From Amphiscolops sp. MND2022 (taxonomy: Eukaryota): a stretch of 64,000 nucleotides of DNA. This document shows positions 1 through 11,264 of the stretch, one piece after another. How positions within the stretch are numbered: the stretch's first letter is position 1; the number at the start of each line of letters is the position of its first letter. A program made the translations under genes and the position numbers. Below the pieces are notes generated by a model. The model was not told where the DNA came from. It made no database searches and was given only the letters and a program-made list of their open reading frames with translations. Location of the stretch: the NCBI GenBank assembly GCA_964187785.1, contig OZ076410.1, forward strand, positions 42,966,001 to 43,030,000, read 5' to 3'.

Positions 1-378
1 AATATTTTTCATAAACTGCGATTATCGCAGCACATTGCAACACGGTAGAGAAAAGGCTAGCGTTAGGAATATAGTGCAAATTTGGTCGAAAGACTGGCTT
101 AGAAGCATTTCAATCTGCGAGAATGCAGCGCCAATGATTATTGACAAAAAGTGAGCAATGGGAATGTGAGGATATTTACCCCTTTGGCTGCCGGTCGCAA
201 AGTGGAAAGAGAAATGTAAATAATGGGGAAATAAGAGGAGAAAAGCTGAATATTTGTCATGAGGATGGGGACACAGAAGGGACAAGAAGAAAGAGGAGAG
301 AGCCACAAGTTGTTTAATCTCATCTTATGTTCATATAAGGAACTGTGTCCATCATCGCTATACTTATTCGTATCTAAG

Positions 379-399
379 GTAGTAGTAGTAGTAGTAGTA
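379..399 (+). repeat. (GTA)7 microsatellite
   Basis: Perfect gtagtagtagtagtagtagta run read directly. Confidence 0.9.
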
Positions 400-1032
400 T
401 TTAAAGGTATTAGCAGTCGATGGTAAGATAGCATGACACCGAGTCACCGTAGCAGAAGCAACCCGGACGGAGAACAAACGAGACAGGGCAGAAGTCAGTT
501 GGCCAAGTCAGTTAGTGGCATGTTGCAGGAGCGAAGACCAGCCGGTGACGCTTTCTTCCGCCAGTAGCCGGAGGTGTGCGAGCTTATGGCTACAGTCATC
601 GTGTTGTGGACAACGTCATAATGAGTTAATTAACTAGCTTCTTCTTTTACGCCCATTTGCTCCCATTTTCCAATATCGGCAGCTAAATGCAAAGCAACAT
701 TCCCGCCATCTTCCCAATTCTGTTCTCCATCCGGTCTTTGTTGCTCCTACGGTGAGAGTCCTACTAAACGGAATAATCTCTGCCCCCTACTCTGTATCCC
801 TTATAACCTACCCAAGGAGGCTGTGCTGTGTCATCAAGCATGTTTGTCTTAGTTATACCTACTAACCAGCCATAGTCACGTGAGGTTAGTGCTGAGATAT
901 GATGAAAGATAATTGCATGTTCAACTCCAACTACAACATTGCATTTGTACTCTTGAGGTGATCCGTCCACAAGTGGCAACTAATCAACAGGCAAATTGGA
1001 ACACCTCAGTCAGCCACCCAAAATCTTATCCG

Positions 1033-1467
1033 CTGGGGTGTGGGATTTTCAGACCGTGGACCGAAACCCGTAGTGCCAAAGCGTAACCCGTAGACCGTAG
1101 TTGTGAGAAAAGCGAACCGTACACATTTCTGAGAAATACGAGCGAGTTGTTTTATACTTTAAACAGCAGTGTTTCTAAGAAAAATTTCACCATCACTTGC
1201 CGAGGATTTCGATAATCACAACCTGAACTTGTCTATTCTCAAATAAAAGCGTCCTTATTAGGCTATATTTGCAGAGGGCGTTCCTTCAATTGCCATTTTG
1301 GGGCAAGGAAGATGGGTGCTTTGATAAAATAACCAAAACTTTGATGAAGAAGTTTGGATATTTCTGGAGCAAACGTGTTTTTTCAAACCGTACCCTGAAA
1401 CCGTAAACCGTAGACGATAACCCGTAAACCGTACTTTCAATTCAACCCGTACGGTTCCACAACCCAA
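1033..1467. mobile_element. Non-autonomous hAT-like MITE (435 bp)
   Basis: Imperfect 13-bp TIRs (CTGGGGTGTGGGA / rc TTGGGTTGTGGAA, 10/13). 8-bp TSD CTTATCCG (1025-1032) / CTTATCTG (1468-1475). Clustered subterminal (A/C)CCGTA motifs at both ends. An 8-bp TSD is characteristic of hAT. Confidence 0.7.
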
Positions 1468-3726
1468 CTTATCTGCTGTAAATCACCGCCAAAAATAGTT
1501 GTATTCGTCAATAAACCCAAGTACATTTGTATGAAACATTCAGTTCACTACCACTCATGAAGTTACTGAATGTTAATGAATGATGTATCAAAACACAGAA
1601 AGTTCGGCAACTTAGGGTTTAGTTTCAAGGTTATTTAGAAAATGAGTTTTTAGGACAGCAAATTATTACCAGACAAACGATAGATACCGCGCCCGTCTAA
1701 AATTTACCATCACTCTTGACTTGAATTGTTCCGACACTGTCTAGTGTTATACAGTACAACTTTTTCTAACAATTATGATCCTGGAAACCTAATAAATACG
1801 AAAAACGGTCAAGACCCTTTACTTCAGCTGTGATGAAAGTGAATCGTGAACAACTACATGTAGTGTAGGAAATGAGTGTTAGATGTTTTATGAAGAAATA
1901 GTTTCACTGGAGTTAAATCTTGGAGTTTGTTTTAATAACCTTTTGATTGAAGTTCCGCTCTGGAAAAAGATAACACATGATTTTCTTCCTCGCATGATAA
2001 ATGTTTGTTCAAAGCCACGCTTTTTTCGAAACAAATCATTCACAATATCTGGATTACGACATGCATTAACTGTTTGGTTGGATTTCATAGAACAGTCATG
2101 CCCTAGAGTGGACTACCCCCTCTCAATTCGACATAAAAATTCAAGAAAGGACATTCATTTGAGAAAAAATTTCGGGGAAGTCTCGATAATGATTGGAATC
2201 AAAATTTTCTGTATCAAAATTTATTCTGGCACTGCTTTTTGTCGCAATCTACGCTTCAAGATTTCTCTAATTGCTTACAGCCCAGCAGCAATGCAATCTA
2301 GGTTACGATTACAAACCGAAAAAGCACAGAAATGAATAGTCGAATGTTCTGGAGATCCTTCGAAAAACTCTGTCTGGATCTCCAAAACTGCCAATTTTCA
2401 GCTTAGGCTGCGTTAATTGAGCAATCAACCTTCACAGATCATTAATGAAAAATGACTTTTATTTTGTTATTGTTTGACTAAAACAGCCAAAACATGATTC
2501 TGTTTTGTAGCCACTATAATGGAATCAGCTCTCCGACCATGTCAGTCAACTTGATTGAAGTTTTAGTTTGAAAAATCGAAAATTTCACTGACGCACTGTA
2601 ACGTCAAGCTAACAACGTACATTCTAGAGCTGGGACAGTGCCTAGATGGCTTATACAAGAGACCATGGTCTTACTACAAGCCTGGACACTCTCAAATCCG
2701 GACACGTCCCACGAGCCTGTAAAAACAAATCCAAAGGTTCCTTGTGTGTGTTCCTGCGACTTCCTACCTACTCCCGAAGTCCATAAAGGCAATGAGCTGG
2801 AATACAGTTTATTGACCAGATATACTAAAAGTACAGGTTCTAACATATCATACATTTCCAAATACCTGAAAAATTGCTCTCTTGACAAACTTACTGACAG
2901 CAGTCGTCACTTTTGGGTTCTTCAGGGTTGTCACTGTGTGAATACCGTTCTTTCAACATCTAATTTAACCATTCAGTTCTTAGATTATTTGTTTCTTTTA
3001 CTGCCAAATGTTTCCAATAATTATATGCAAGGTGCTATCAAGGTGTGATACATACTTAACGTTGATTTACCTCCAAAATGATGATATCCATTGCTAGTAT
3101 TCAGTTGCCCAAAGTTTTTTCTACATTAATTGACAAGAATGATTATTACAAACATCTTTTCGGTGCATAACCTATAAGGTTATGTGGCCCAGAACGATTC
3201 CACTGGATTCTGTGGTCCCAAGTGATTGAATGGGACATTATAGGAGCAACATTTCCTGCGAGAAAAGTTGACGATTTCAAAGAAAAAGTTGTAATTTGAA
3301 AAACAAAGAGTCTGCGGACAGTTGAAGAGAAAGTTCCACAATTGGATTTCACAACTTTATGAAATGTTTTGAACCCAGGAAAACCTAATGAAGAATTGAA
3401 AAAAAACTTGTTCATTAATTAGTGCTAGATCCCTTCCCATATAAGAAATTCCCCTTTGAACAAAAAGAAGCGTTCTGTTTTGAAAACAAATTGCGTTCAT
3501 TTTCAACTTTGTTTTGTTAAACAGCAGTGAATTAAATTCATTTATTCTTGGTCAGGAGAATAGCGGCAGCGGAATTAAAGTTGTCAGCAGTTCGAAATAA
3601 AAAAACGATGATTGCCTAATTTTATAAATGTATAAAAAATTTAAATATACAAAAATTTTATACCTAATTCGACAAAAACGTTTTGATATCTGAGTGTTTG
3701 TAGTGAGTAGTGCATGTTTGATTGTC

Positions 3727-4569
3727 ATGGCTGTGATTGTTGGAGAGACTCAAGTTTTCGGGGAGAGAGGATGACTTTGTCATGTTTTGTGATCAGTTTG
3801 AGGCTAGATTGTGTTTGTTGAGACTGCATTTGTGTGCTGAAGGGGAGTGAAGGTGTATAGTCTTATAGACTGAAAGCAAGGAGTAGTTCTTCCAGAGGAG
3901 AAAGACAGGAAGCTAACGAAAAAGCAGCGGAAGTTTTTGCTGACAAAAAGTATAAGATCTTGTGCGAATTTGTACAATGCTTGGAGTCTCTGTTGTTCGT
4001 GAGAAGTCACAACGGTGATGGTCGAGCTTCGTGGAAAGCTTTATGTGACCGTTTTAAGAGCTTTGGGCGTCCACAGCTGCAGCAGCTGACTGAGAAACTG
4101 ACCTCACTTAGAAAGGATCAAAATGAAACCATTGTTACATTACAAGAGCTGAAAAACTTACAGTACAATTTGAGTCAAGTGGACGAAGCGCTTAGCGAGC
4201 AAATGTTCAAATCAACCTTGTTCAAAGGTCTTCCCAAGGAATTCCAGACATTTTGTGCCCTCGTAAGATTTACCAAGGAAACTAAAAGCTTGGATGGGAG
4301 GACCGGGTCACAACTCATTCGAGTGTACACAAAAAGAACGAGCAGAGACCAATCAAAGCAAGAGTTTAGGACAACCTCGCGTCTGTTTCAGATGCAGTAA
4401 ACCAGGACATTTAGCAAAAGATTGTCGATCCCAAGTTACTTCCCGCGATGGTAACCATCGAATGCCGGAAAGATTTTGTAACCACTGCAAGCGAAGTGGA
4501 CACGCCTTAAGTGCCTGTTTCAAATTGAGAGGAAACCAAAGCAACCAAGAGACCGATGAGGCAAGATAA
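3727..4569 (+). pseudogene. gag: Copia gag remnant with CCHC zinc knuckles
   Basis: FSGREDDFVMFCDQFEARL; DGRASWKALCDRF; LFKGLPKEFQTF; knuckles CFRCSKPGHLAKDC and CNHCKRSGHALSAC, plus a partial GGPGHNSFEC. Confidence 0.85.
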
Positions 4570-4572
4570 GCC

Positions 4573-6915
4573 GTGCAACAGAATGCTTCAGGTGAAAATG
4601 AGGAGTTCCAATTTTCTTTATTTGCAAATGAAAATATTGAAGTGAGCAATAATGACTTGGTTGTGGATAGTGGTTGCACGAACCGCATGATCAAAGACAG
4701 GAAACTGTTCCCCGGACTGAATGAGGAGATAGAAGGAGTAGTTGGATGTGCTAAGAAGACGGAGTCGAAACTATGCGGAAGAGGCCGTGCTGTCTTCTGT
4801 GTAAAGAACAGCGACGGTAACGCGCAAAGAGTGGAGTTGCGGGATGCTCTGTACGTGCCGGCGTTCAACATAAACCTGTGTAGCGCGATTCAAAAAAGTT
4901 GGGGTGGAGATTCGTTTCAAAAAAGACAACTTCTTAACAACGTCTGGAAGGAACCAAGTTTCACATTCACACAGAGCAAAAAAAATCTTTTATTCGTTTG
5001 GAAAACAATCCCCCTTACCTGAGAGCACCCACGCGAGACGTCCCTCCCCAGTAAACTAAGTAAACTGCATGACCGACTGGGTTAAAATAACTGAGAGGAT
5101 TGGAAAAATTTTAAGGAGTCTGTTGTTGGAAAGTAAGTGACTGAATATGACGTTTTCGTGTTTGAAGTGTGTGAGGATAACAAAGCCAAAAGAACACATA
5201 TACCCAATGCCTGCTTTCCACGGGCCAAACAGACATTGGACTACGTCCATGGTGACGTTCTAGGCCCTGTCGCACCTGTTTAGGTGGATGGTCATAAGTA
5301 CGCCATCTGATTCCAAGATAGTTACAAACGCTATGGTGAGGTTTACTTCATGAAAAACCGTGAAGAAGTAGCAGCAAAATTTGAGCTGCACTGTGCAGGT
5401 ACAGTGAACGAAGAGTTATTGTAACTGACTGTGCGATGGAGTTCGTTGGCGGCGACATGAAGACTTTTTTAAAGGAACAAAGGCTTCAGACAAGACAAAT
5501 CCGCTCCGCATCGTATACACAAGGGGAAACCGGGAAAAATGAGAGAGTCTGGGGAACTATTTGTAGAATGGCGAGGTGTATGATCCATCGACGAAATATG
5601 GACAAAGAAAATTGGAGACACGCACTGAACTATTCAATTTACATCATAAACGTGCTCCTACACTCAGTAACCAAGCAAACACCATATGAGAAGATGTACG
5701 GTGAAAAGCCAAAATTGAGTTTCATCAAAGTGTTTGGATGCAAAGTGAACAGTTTTGTGGAGGTGCAATTGAGAGGAAAAATCTATGCAAGAGCAAAATG
5801 GGAGTCTCTCAAGCTTTTGCAAAGAACAGCAAAACGTACATAGTTGGATTAGAGGAAAACAGCGCAACCAAGACGATCAAGACAAGAAGTGTGAGGTTCA
5901 ATGACGACGAGTTTTACTTTGGAACCAAGGAAGGTCATCCAAGTGTGAACAACGTGCCATACAATCAAGATCATGACACAGTCATTAATTCTTGGTTAGG
6001 AGAATAGCCGCAGCGGAAATAAAGATTTGTAGTCCTTAGGTTGTCTGTCGTATTTATATAGCAACCTTGTTTGGATATTAGAGGAACTACCTAAAGGAAC
6101 TAAGCCGCTGAAAGGAAAATGGCGCTTCACAATGAAAAACAACGAAGACGGAAGCTTCAAGAAATGCAAAGCGAGATTTGTTGCGAAAGCCGACTACGAG
6201 AATGTCCACAAACGGGTTATGTTGAAACTCGCAGCGCATTATAGAGTGCAACCAAGACAGATCGACATCAAAACAGCATGTTTGAATGCAGGCATAGACG
6301 AAGACATCTACATCGAACAATCGAATGTTCCTCAAGGAAGGCTTTGACGTGACAAGTAAAGAAGGCAACAAAGAGTACTGTAAGTTGCGGAAGAGTTTAT
6401 ACGGACTTAAACAGTCTGGTCGCATTTGGTAATTGACACTGGAGATGTTCCTGGAGCAATTTGGTTTCCAGACATGTAAAAATAACAAGTGCTTGTTTGT
6501 GAGAGGAACTGGTGTTGATCTGTGTTGTAGGTGTGTGTGATTGTGTGAGTTGGACGAGTAAGTTGCAAGCTAGTGTTGCTCTGTCACCAGCCGAAGCTGA
6601 AGTCAATGCTTGCACTGCTGCTGTCCAAGTGTTGGCGTATGTTTGTGGCGTGTTGATTGAGCTTGGAGTTGTTGTGTCTGAACCTGTTAGCGTGTTTGTT
6701 GACAATCAAGCATGCATAGCTCTACGCAAACACTCAATCAATCATAACAACACAGAACAATTTGTCAGAAAAACTTGCTTCCTTCAGGAAAAAAAGGAAA
6801 AAGGCGAAAATTTACTAGAACTTCAACTACCGATAGAATGCCAGCAGATCTGCTAAGAAAACTTTTAGGGAAAATGAAAACAGCACTTCTCACTAAACGT
6901 TTGCTGTGCCCTTGA
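4573..6915 (+). pseudogene. pol: Copia pol remnant (protease, integrase, partial RT, RNase H)
   Basis: PR VVDSGCTNRM; IN VHGDVLGP, GKNERVWGTI, PYEKMYGEKPKLSFIKVFGC; RT KWRFTMK..KARFVAK, QIDIKTACLN, LRKSLYGLKQSGRIW; RH SWTSKLQASVALSPAEAEV, FVDNQACI. The RT YVDD segment is deleted. Confidence 0.9.
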
Positions 6916-8219
6916 TATAGCACCGAAAAAGGTTGAGTTTCAACATAAAATTCATTCACTTATATAATGTGTAAGAGTCCGTTAACTTTTTCTTTCTGAT
7001 ATTTTGCAACAGAATGGATATTAAAAAACTCCAAAGGTTCCCATCGTTTATATTTTTCGGCACAAGGAGGCTGTTTAAAATTCTCATTTTGTTTCTGATC
7101 TTAGGTTTCTCAATGTATACCCAGCAATAATTTGTTTCGAAACTATCCAAATTTTTGAAGTAAGATCCGGAGTAAAGTGCTAAATCCGAATATTTGACGT
7201 TATACCCGAACTATACTGCGTTTTACTAAGGATGAGGCAGAGGTTCAAACACAAGCGGTCCCATTTATCCCAGCTCGCTATATCAGAACTTTTGAAGCGT
7301 TTTCTAAGCGCAAAAGGAACCCTTTGGAAACTTCTTCGAAATTTTTAAAGCTATCGTTTTTAACAATATCAAGTACTTTCTGATCAGAACAGAAAGCGGT
7401 TCCAATAAGCTGTCATGCGTTGGGCTCCGCCGAACGTGGCAGATGATTATCAACTTTTTAGAAGATTTCTCGTTGAATTAGGCTGTTGATGATGGTTTTA
7501 GAAGTGTATAAAAACTTTTTCTGTAATATTTTTGGTTTTGAAGTCCCGACTAAAACATATGAGTCCGATCCAGTGGTACATAACTTGTCAACATAAGAAA
7601 AGAAACCAAGTGTTGCTTGAAAATTGGTTGCTCAACTCGTTAAATGGCGTATTTGTAGCAACGAAAGTCCGCCGAAGCTTTATTTATAATCCGTTCCTCC
7701 GTGATGTTCGTTTTAGATACATAGATAGCCACAGTCAATTTTTCAAGGTATCGCTTCCACGTGACTCAAGCTGGTTTCGCATCCTCCCAGGGTATCTTGC
7801 AATTGCACACAGCCGATAATCCAGGAGTTGTTTTCCTTCCTCGACCACTCAAACTTGCCTCTCACATTTGTTGATTACGGCCCGTTGACAAGCACAGCTT
7901 TTGATTTGATGGGAGGAAATATCATGATATTAATTGAAAATTATCACCTTTCTCTGCAGAGAACTCATTCAATGGTTCGTGTTTTAGACTTTGATACAAT
8001 CTTTTTGGTTGGATATCTCGTACCGTTACACATGGAACCCGGCAGTTGTTGTCCATAATTTGATCGTATTTTTGGAGGGTCTCTAGTTATCTCGAGCGGA
8101 TCTTCGATTTATATATTGAACGATCGCACAATCTTCGATTCATGAATTGAATATTCACATAACTGGAAGTTTTATTCTAGCTTTGGGACTTCAGAAATTA
8201 TCAATAAAAACAATTTGTG

Positions 8220-8590
8220 AATTCTAACTTGTTACCCTTATTTGAACTGTTTGAACTTTTTGCATGTACTTTAATGTTGCCAGCAACTTTTTTCATGATT
8301 TTCTAAAATTCTTACGGAAACTTTCATGCGGAAATATTTCGCTGTTGCGTCCTATTTGAGAAGCGGCGATCAAATCAGATAAGTAGTTGAGAAAACAAGG
8401 TGTTAATACAGAGTGATCGTGTCGGTAATGAAGTGGAATTTATTTCCAAATTTAATAGCAGTAGTGGAAAATGCAGTGTAATTCTACATGATTTACCATC
8501 CGAATTTCACTGAACTTTCGAGGGTTTATAAATAATTACCCTGCGTGCAGGCTTCCAGCATGTAAAAAGTTCCTGCAGTTTCAACTAGGG
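8220..8590 (-). repeat. Unclassified degenerate, probably coding, interspersed repeat (copy 1, no LTR-element insertion)
   Basis: Aligns by eye to 38960-39343+50383-50570 and 52545-52970+63852-63962. The minus-strand peptide (L/Q)VE.A.TFYML.A(C/S)..G is conserved in all three copies. Confidence 0.7.
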
Positions 8591-9499
8591 TATATAACCA
8601 AATGCGAAGCCCGGGTTCACCTGACACTGAGCTCGTATAAGGTTTCTAATTATCGAAACAAGTTATTCAAAACAATTATGAAAAACGAAACAAGATGATA
8701 ATTATGTTTCTATAGAAAAACCTGAGGTTTGCATGAAAAAAAGTGTAGTTAAAAAATGTCAGAATTATTCTTAAGTTGTTGAATTTTAAGGCACGTTTTG
8801 AAAAATTTTCGGAATCTATTCTTTGAAATAGGTGATGGCGTAAAAAGACCGCTGCTCAACTGACGTATTGTTTCTGATAGAGTTGAGCTTCCCTACTCCC
8901 ACTTGCCCCCTAAACGCCCTCCGACGGTAATCACGTTTTTCATTTGTCTGGGCCCATATATATGGACGCAATTGTATTCTTTTCAAAAATTTCCCGAAAT
9001 TTAACATACAAAATTGAGCTGCTCATAGTCTGCCATACTGAATGCACTATGTTTCCATCTGATCAGAGTCCGTCATCAAAAATATGTACTCCTGAGTCGA
9101 ACCTGCTGAGAAGTTATTGATGGTGCTTCTTTGCATGAAAGGTTAGATTTCCACAACATGGAAAATTCCGGGAGCCTTCTTGGAAAAATTTTGTGGAATT
9201 ATAATGCAGCTTCCACTATTTCAATTCAACTAGAAAATTTTCCATGAACAGTCATGGTCAAAATGATTCGGCACCTTCAAATAAAAACTTTTTTCAAAGG
9301 AATACTATTTTTTCAGGGTTAATGAACTAAAACAATTTTGACCAACAAAACAGTTTCGACAAATTTAGTATCATGTAGGGTCTCCCCTTGTTATTATAAC
9401 AGGTTTAATTCTATCGGGGATTGTTTTATATAAATCAGCAAATTTTCGATCTGGAATGGCATAGAAATCTTTCTGTACCTTTGCCCTTAACTGATCCAT

Positions 9500-10050
9500 A
9501 TTGTCAAAATCGAGTCAAAGGGCGTCCTTGAGGACTTTCCATATGTGTTCAATAATTTTCAGGTCTGACGACCTCGCTTGTCATTCAGGAAGTAAGGGTA
9601 TGCCCAGGTCCTCCATTACCTCTCTTGTCTGGTTGGAACGATGGAAGGGGTGTGTTTTTTGTGTTTTTTGCACCACTCAATTCTGGCAGCTTTGTTGGTC
9701 TTGGATAAAATGGGTTTTTTGGCAGCTACTCGTCCGTTAAGCCCCATTTTTGTAAAAATCTACAAACAGTACGCAAGGTGTGGAAACCTCGTGACCTTGG
9801 CTCCACTCATTTTTGAATCGTTTCGAGGTTAAAAATTAACATGCATCTGAAAGTCGCCTTAGCAAACGTGTGGAATAAATGGAGACTTTGGGTGGTCTGC
9901 CACTGCTAACAGAGGGTGTCACGTGTCCATCTTTCTTGTAGTTTGGTATAATATCACCCACTGTTGATCTAGGAATGCCCGTATCTTTAGAAATTTCCAC
10001 CTGCGAAAAAATTTTGCTTGTCCAACCGGAACACCATTTCCCGGGAAAAA
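9500..10050 (-). pseudogene. Internally deleted Tc1-family transposase remnant
   Basis: HTH EISKDTGIPRSTVGDII...SGRPPKVS; MGLNGRVAAKKPILSKTNKAARIEWCKKH; degenerate WPxxSPDLNPIE motif (QARSSDLKIIEHIWKVLK). Most of the DD core is missing. TIRs not located. Confidence 0.85.
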
Positions 10051-10409
10051 ATGAGCGAGCGCTTTCCCATAATTTTACCAACACTAACAAAAATGTTTAG
10101 TCAAGTGTGAGCTAAACAAGAAGATAAGTTAGGCGAGTCGATGTTTTATGTCAAAAAACGGCGAACGTAATTATTAAAAGTCAACAAAAACCTGCCCAAC
10201 GCAAATCACCCAATAAAAATTTAGCTGCCGAATCAATTCGACCATGACTGAATTTCTGCGTCTCGATCACTTTTTCACTTATGTAATCACCCTTGGTCAA
10301 TTTGCACGCTGAATATGACGCTACTTTGAAAATTACAACTTTGTTGAAGTTTATGTGCTTTCAAATGGCGGAAAAGCAGATAAAGTCTGAGCTAATTCAG
10401 AAAAAGAAC

Positions 10410-10967
10410 TGTACGTTCTCTGGTTTTCGGCTTCTCCGGATTTTTCTATATTGTCTAGATATATAGTTCTATATAGTGCCAGATAAAGTTTGGAAGAAAC
10501 AGTTCTTCAATTTAACAATGTATTAAGCTTCCTGTTTCTACGCGTTGGATTCAATTGATGTTGTAGAAGTTTTTGTCGAGAAACAAACGTGTTGATTTGA
10601 TGAACTTCTTCGGAATTTATTTTACGGCAAATACAACTTCCAACAGATGTTATTTTCAACTTACCGCAAGCAATTCTCTCTGTCGTTGTGATGGTCTCTT
10701 TTGCTTCTTGGGTCTATAATTTGGGCAACTTCCTGCTTCCTGTTTGCTTGAAGGAAGGGGCAATCAAACTTTAAAAGCAGACCGCACCAAAAATGGAAAA
10801 ACGTGATTCTTATTATAGTTATAAAAGAGTTTAAATTTTTGATGATTGGTATTTAACTAATAAACTGCTGTCAAAATCAATATCTTTTTGGTGATAAATT
10901 TTTCTTGTTGGGTATATTCCATCAACGATGTCCTTTTTCAGGTCAATGGTAACATGGATATGTTACA
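10410..10967 (-). repeat. 3' LTR of gypsy A
   Basis: Minus-strand TGTAACA...TACA termini; colinear but diverged match to 31683-32275. Confidence 0.85.
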
Positions 10968-11264
10968 ATACCCAACTTCAGAAGCTTTTGAAAAATTGAC
11001 CGGTTGGTATTGTGAAGAAGCCAATTCCCGATTACAGGTGATGGTTGCGTAGCATGAACAACCGGGGAAGGCGATCCACACGCAGAAGTCCAGGTTAAGG
11101 AGAAGGGAGAAAATGAAGAGTCACATGATATACAATTCAAAAAGGATGATATACAGCTAAACAGTCATTGTTTATGATTTTTCAATTTCAGTGGATACAT
11201 GATTACACATTCGTTACCCTTGATTTATGTAAGAAAAGCTCTTTAAAGTGTTTTTTTTCTTTAA

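Larger units (their letters stand above)
3727..6915 (+). mobile_element. Degenerate Ty1/copia LTR retrotransposon internal region (no LTRs found)
   Basis: Copia domain order gag-PR-IN-RT-RH across several frameshifted ORFs. Confidence 0.92.

Noticed and set aside
1-1000. Host exon(s) or a glycoprotein remnant on the minus strand (Cys-containing peptides)
   Set aside because: All frames are interrupted and no family motif could be assigned with confidence.
1883-2335. 150-aa plus-strand ORF as a host gene
   Set aside because: No recognisable domain, splice context or homologous copy; may be chance or an unrecognised exon.
2604-2888. piggyBac transposase (MSREQFFRYL resembles MSRxRFxxI)
   Set aside because: No other piggyBac motifs, DDD residues or TTAA-flanked TIRs found.
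7200-8150. Minus-strand gag-like remnant
   Set aside because: Only vague resemblance (WKRYLEK, WDKWDRLC); no knuckle, protease or LTR support.
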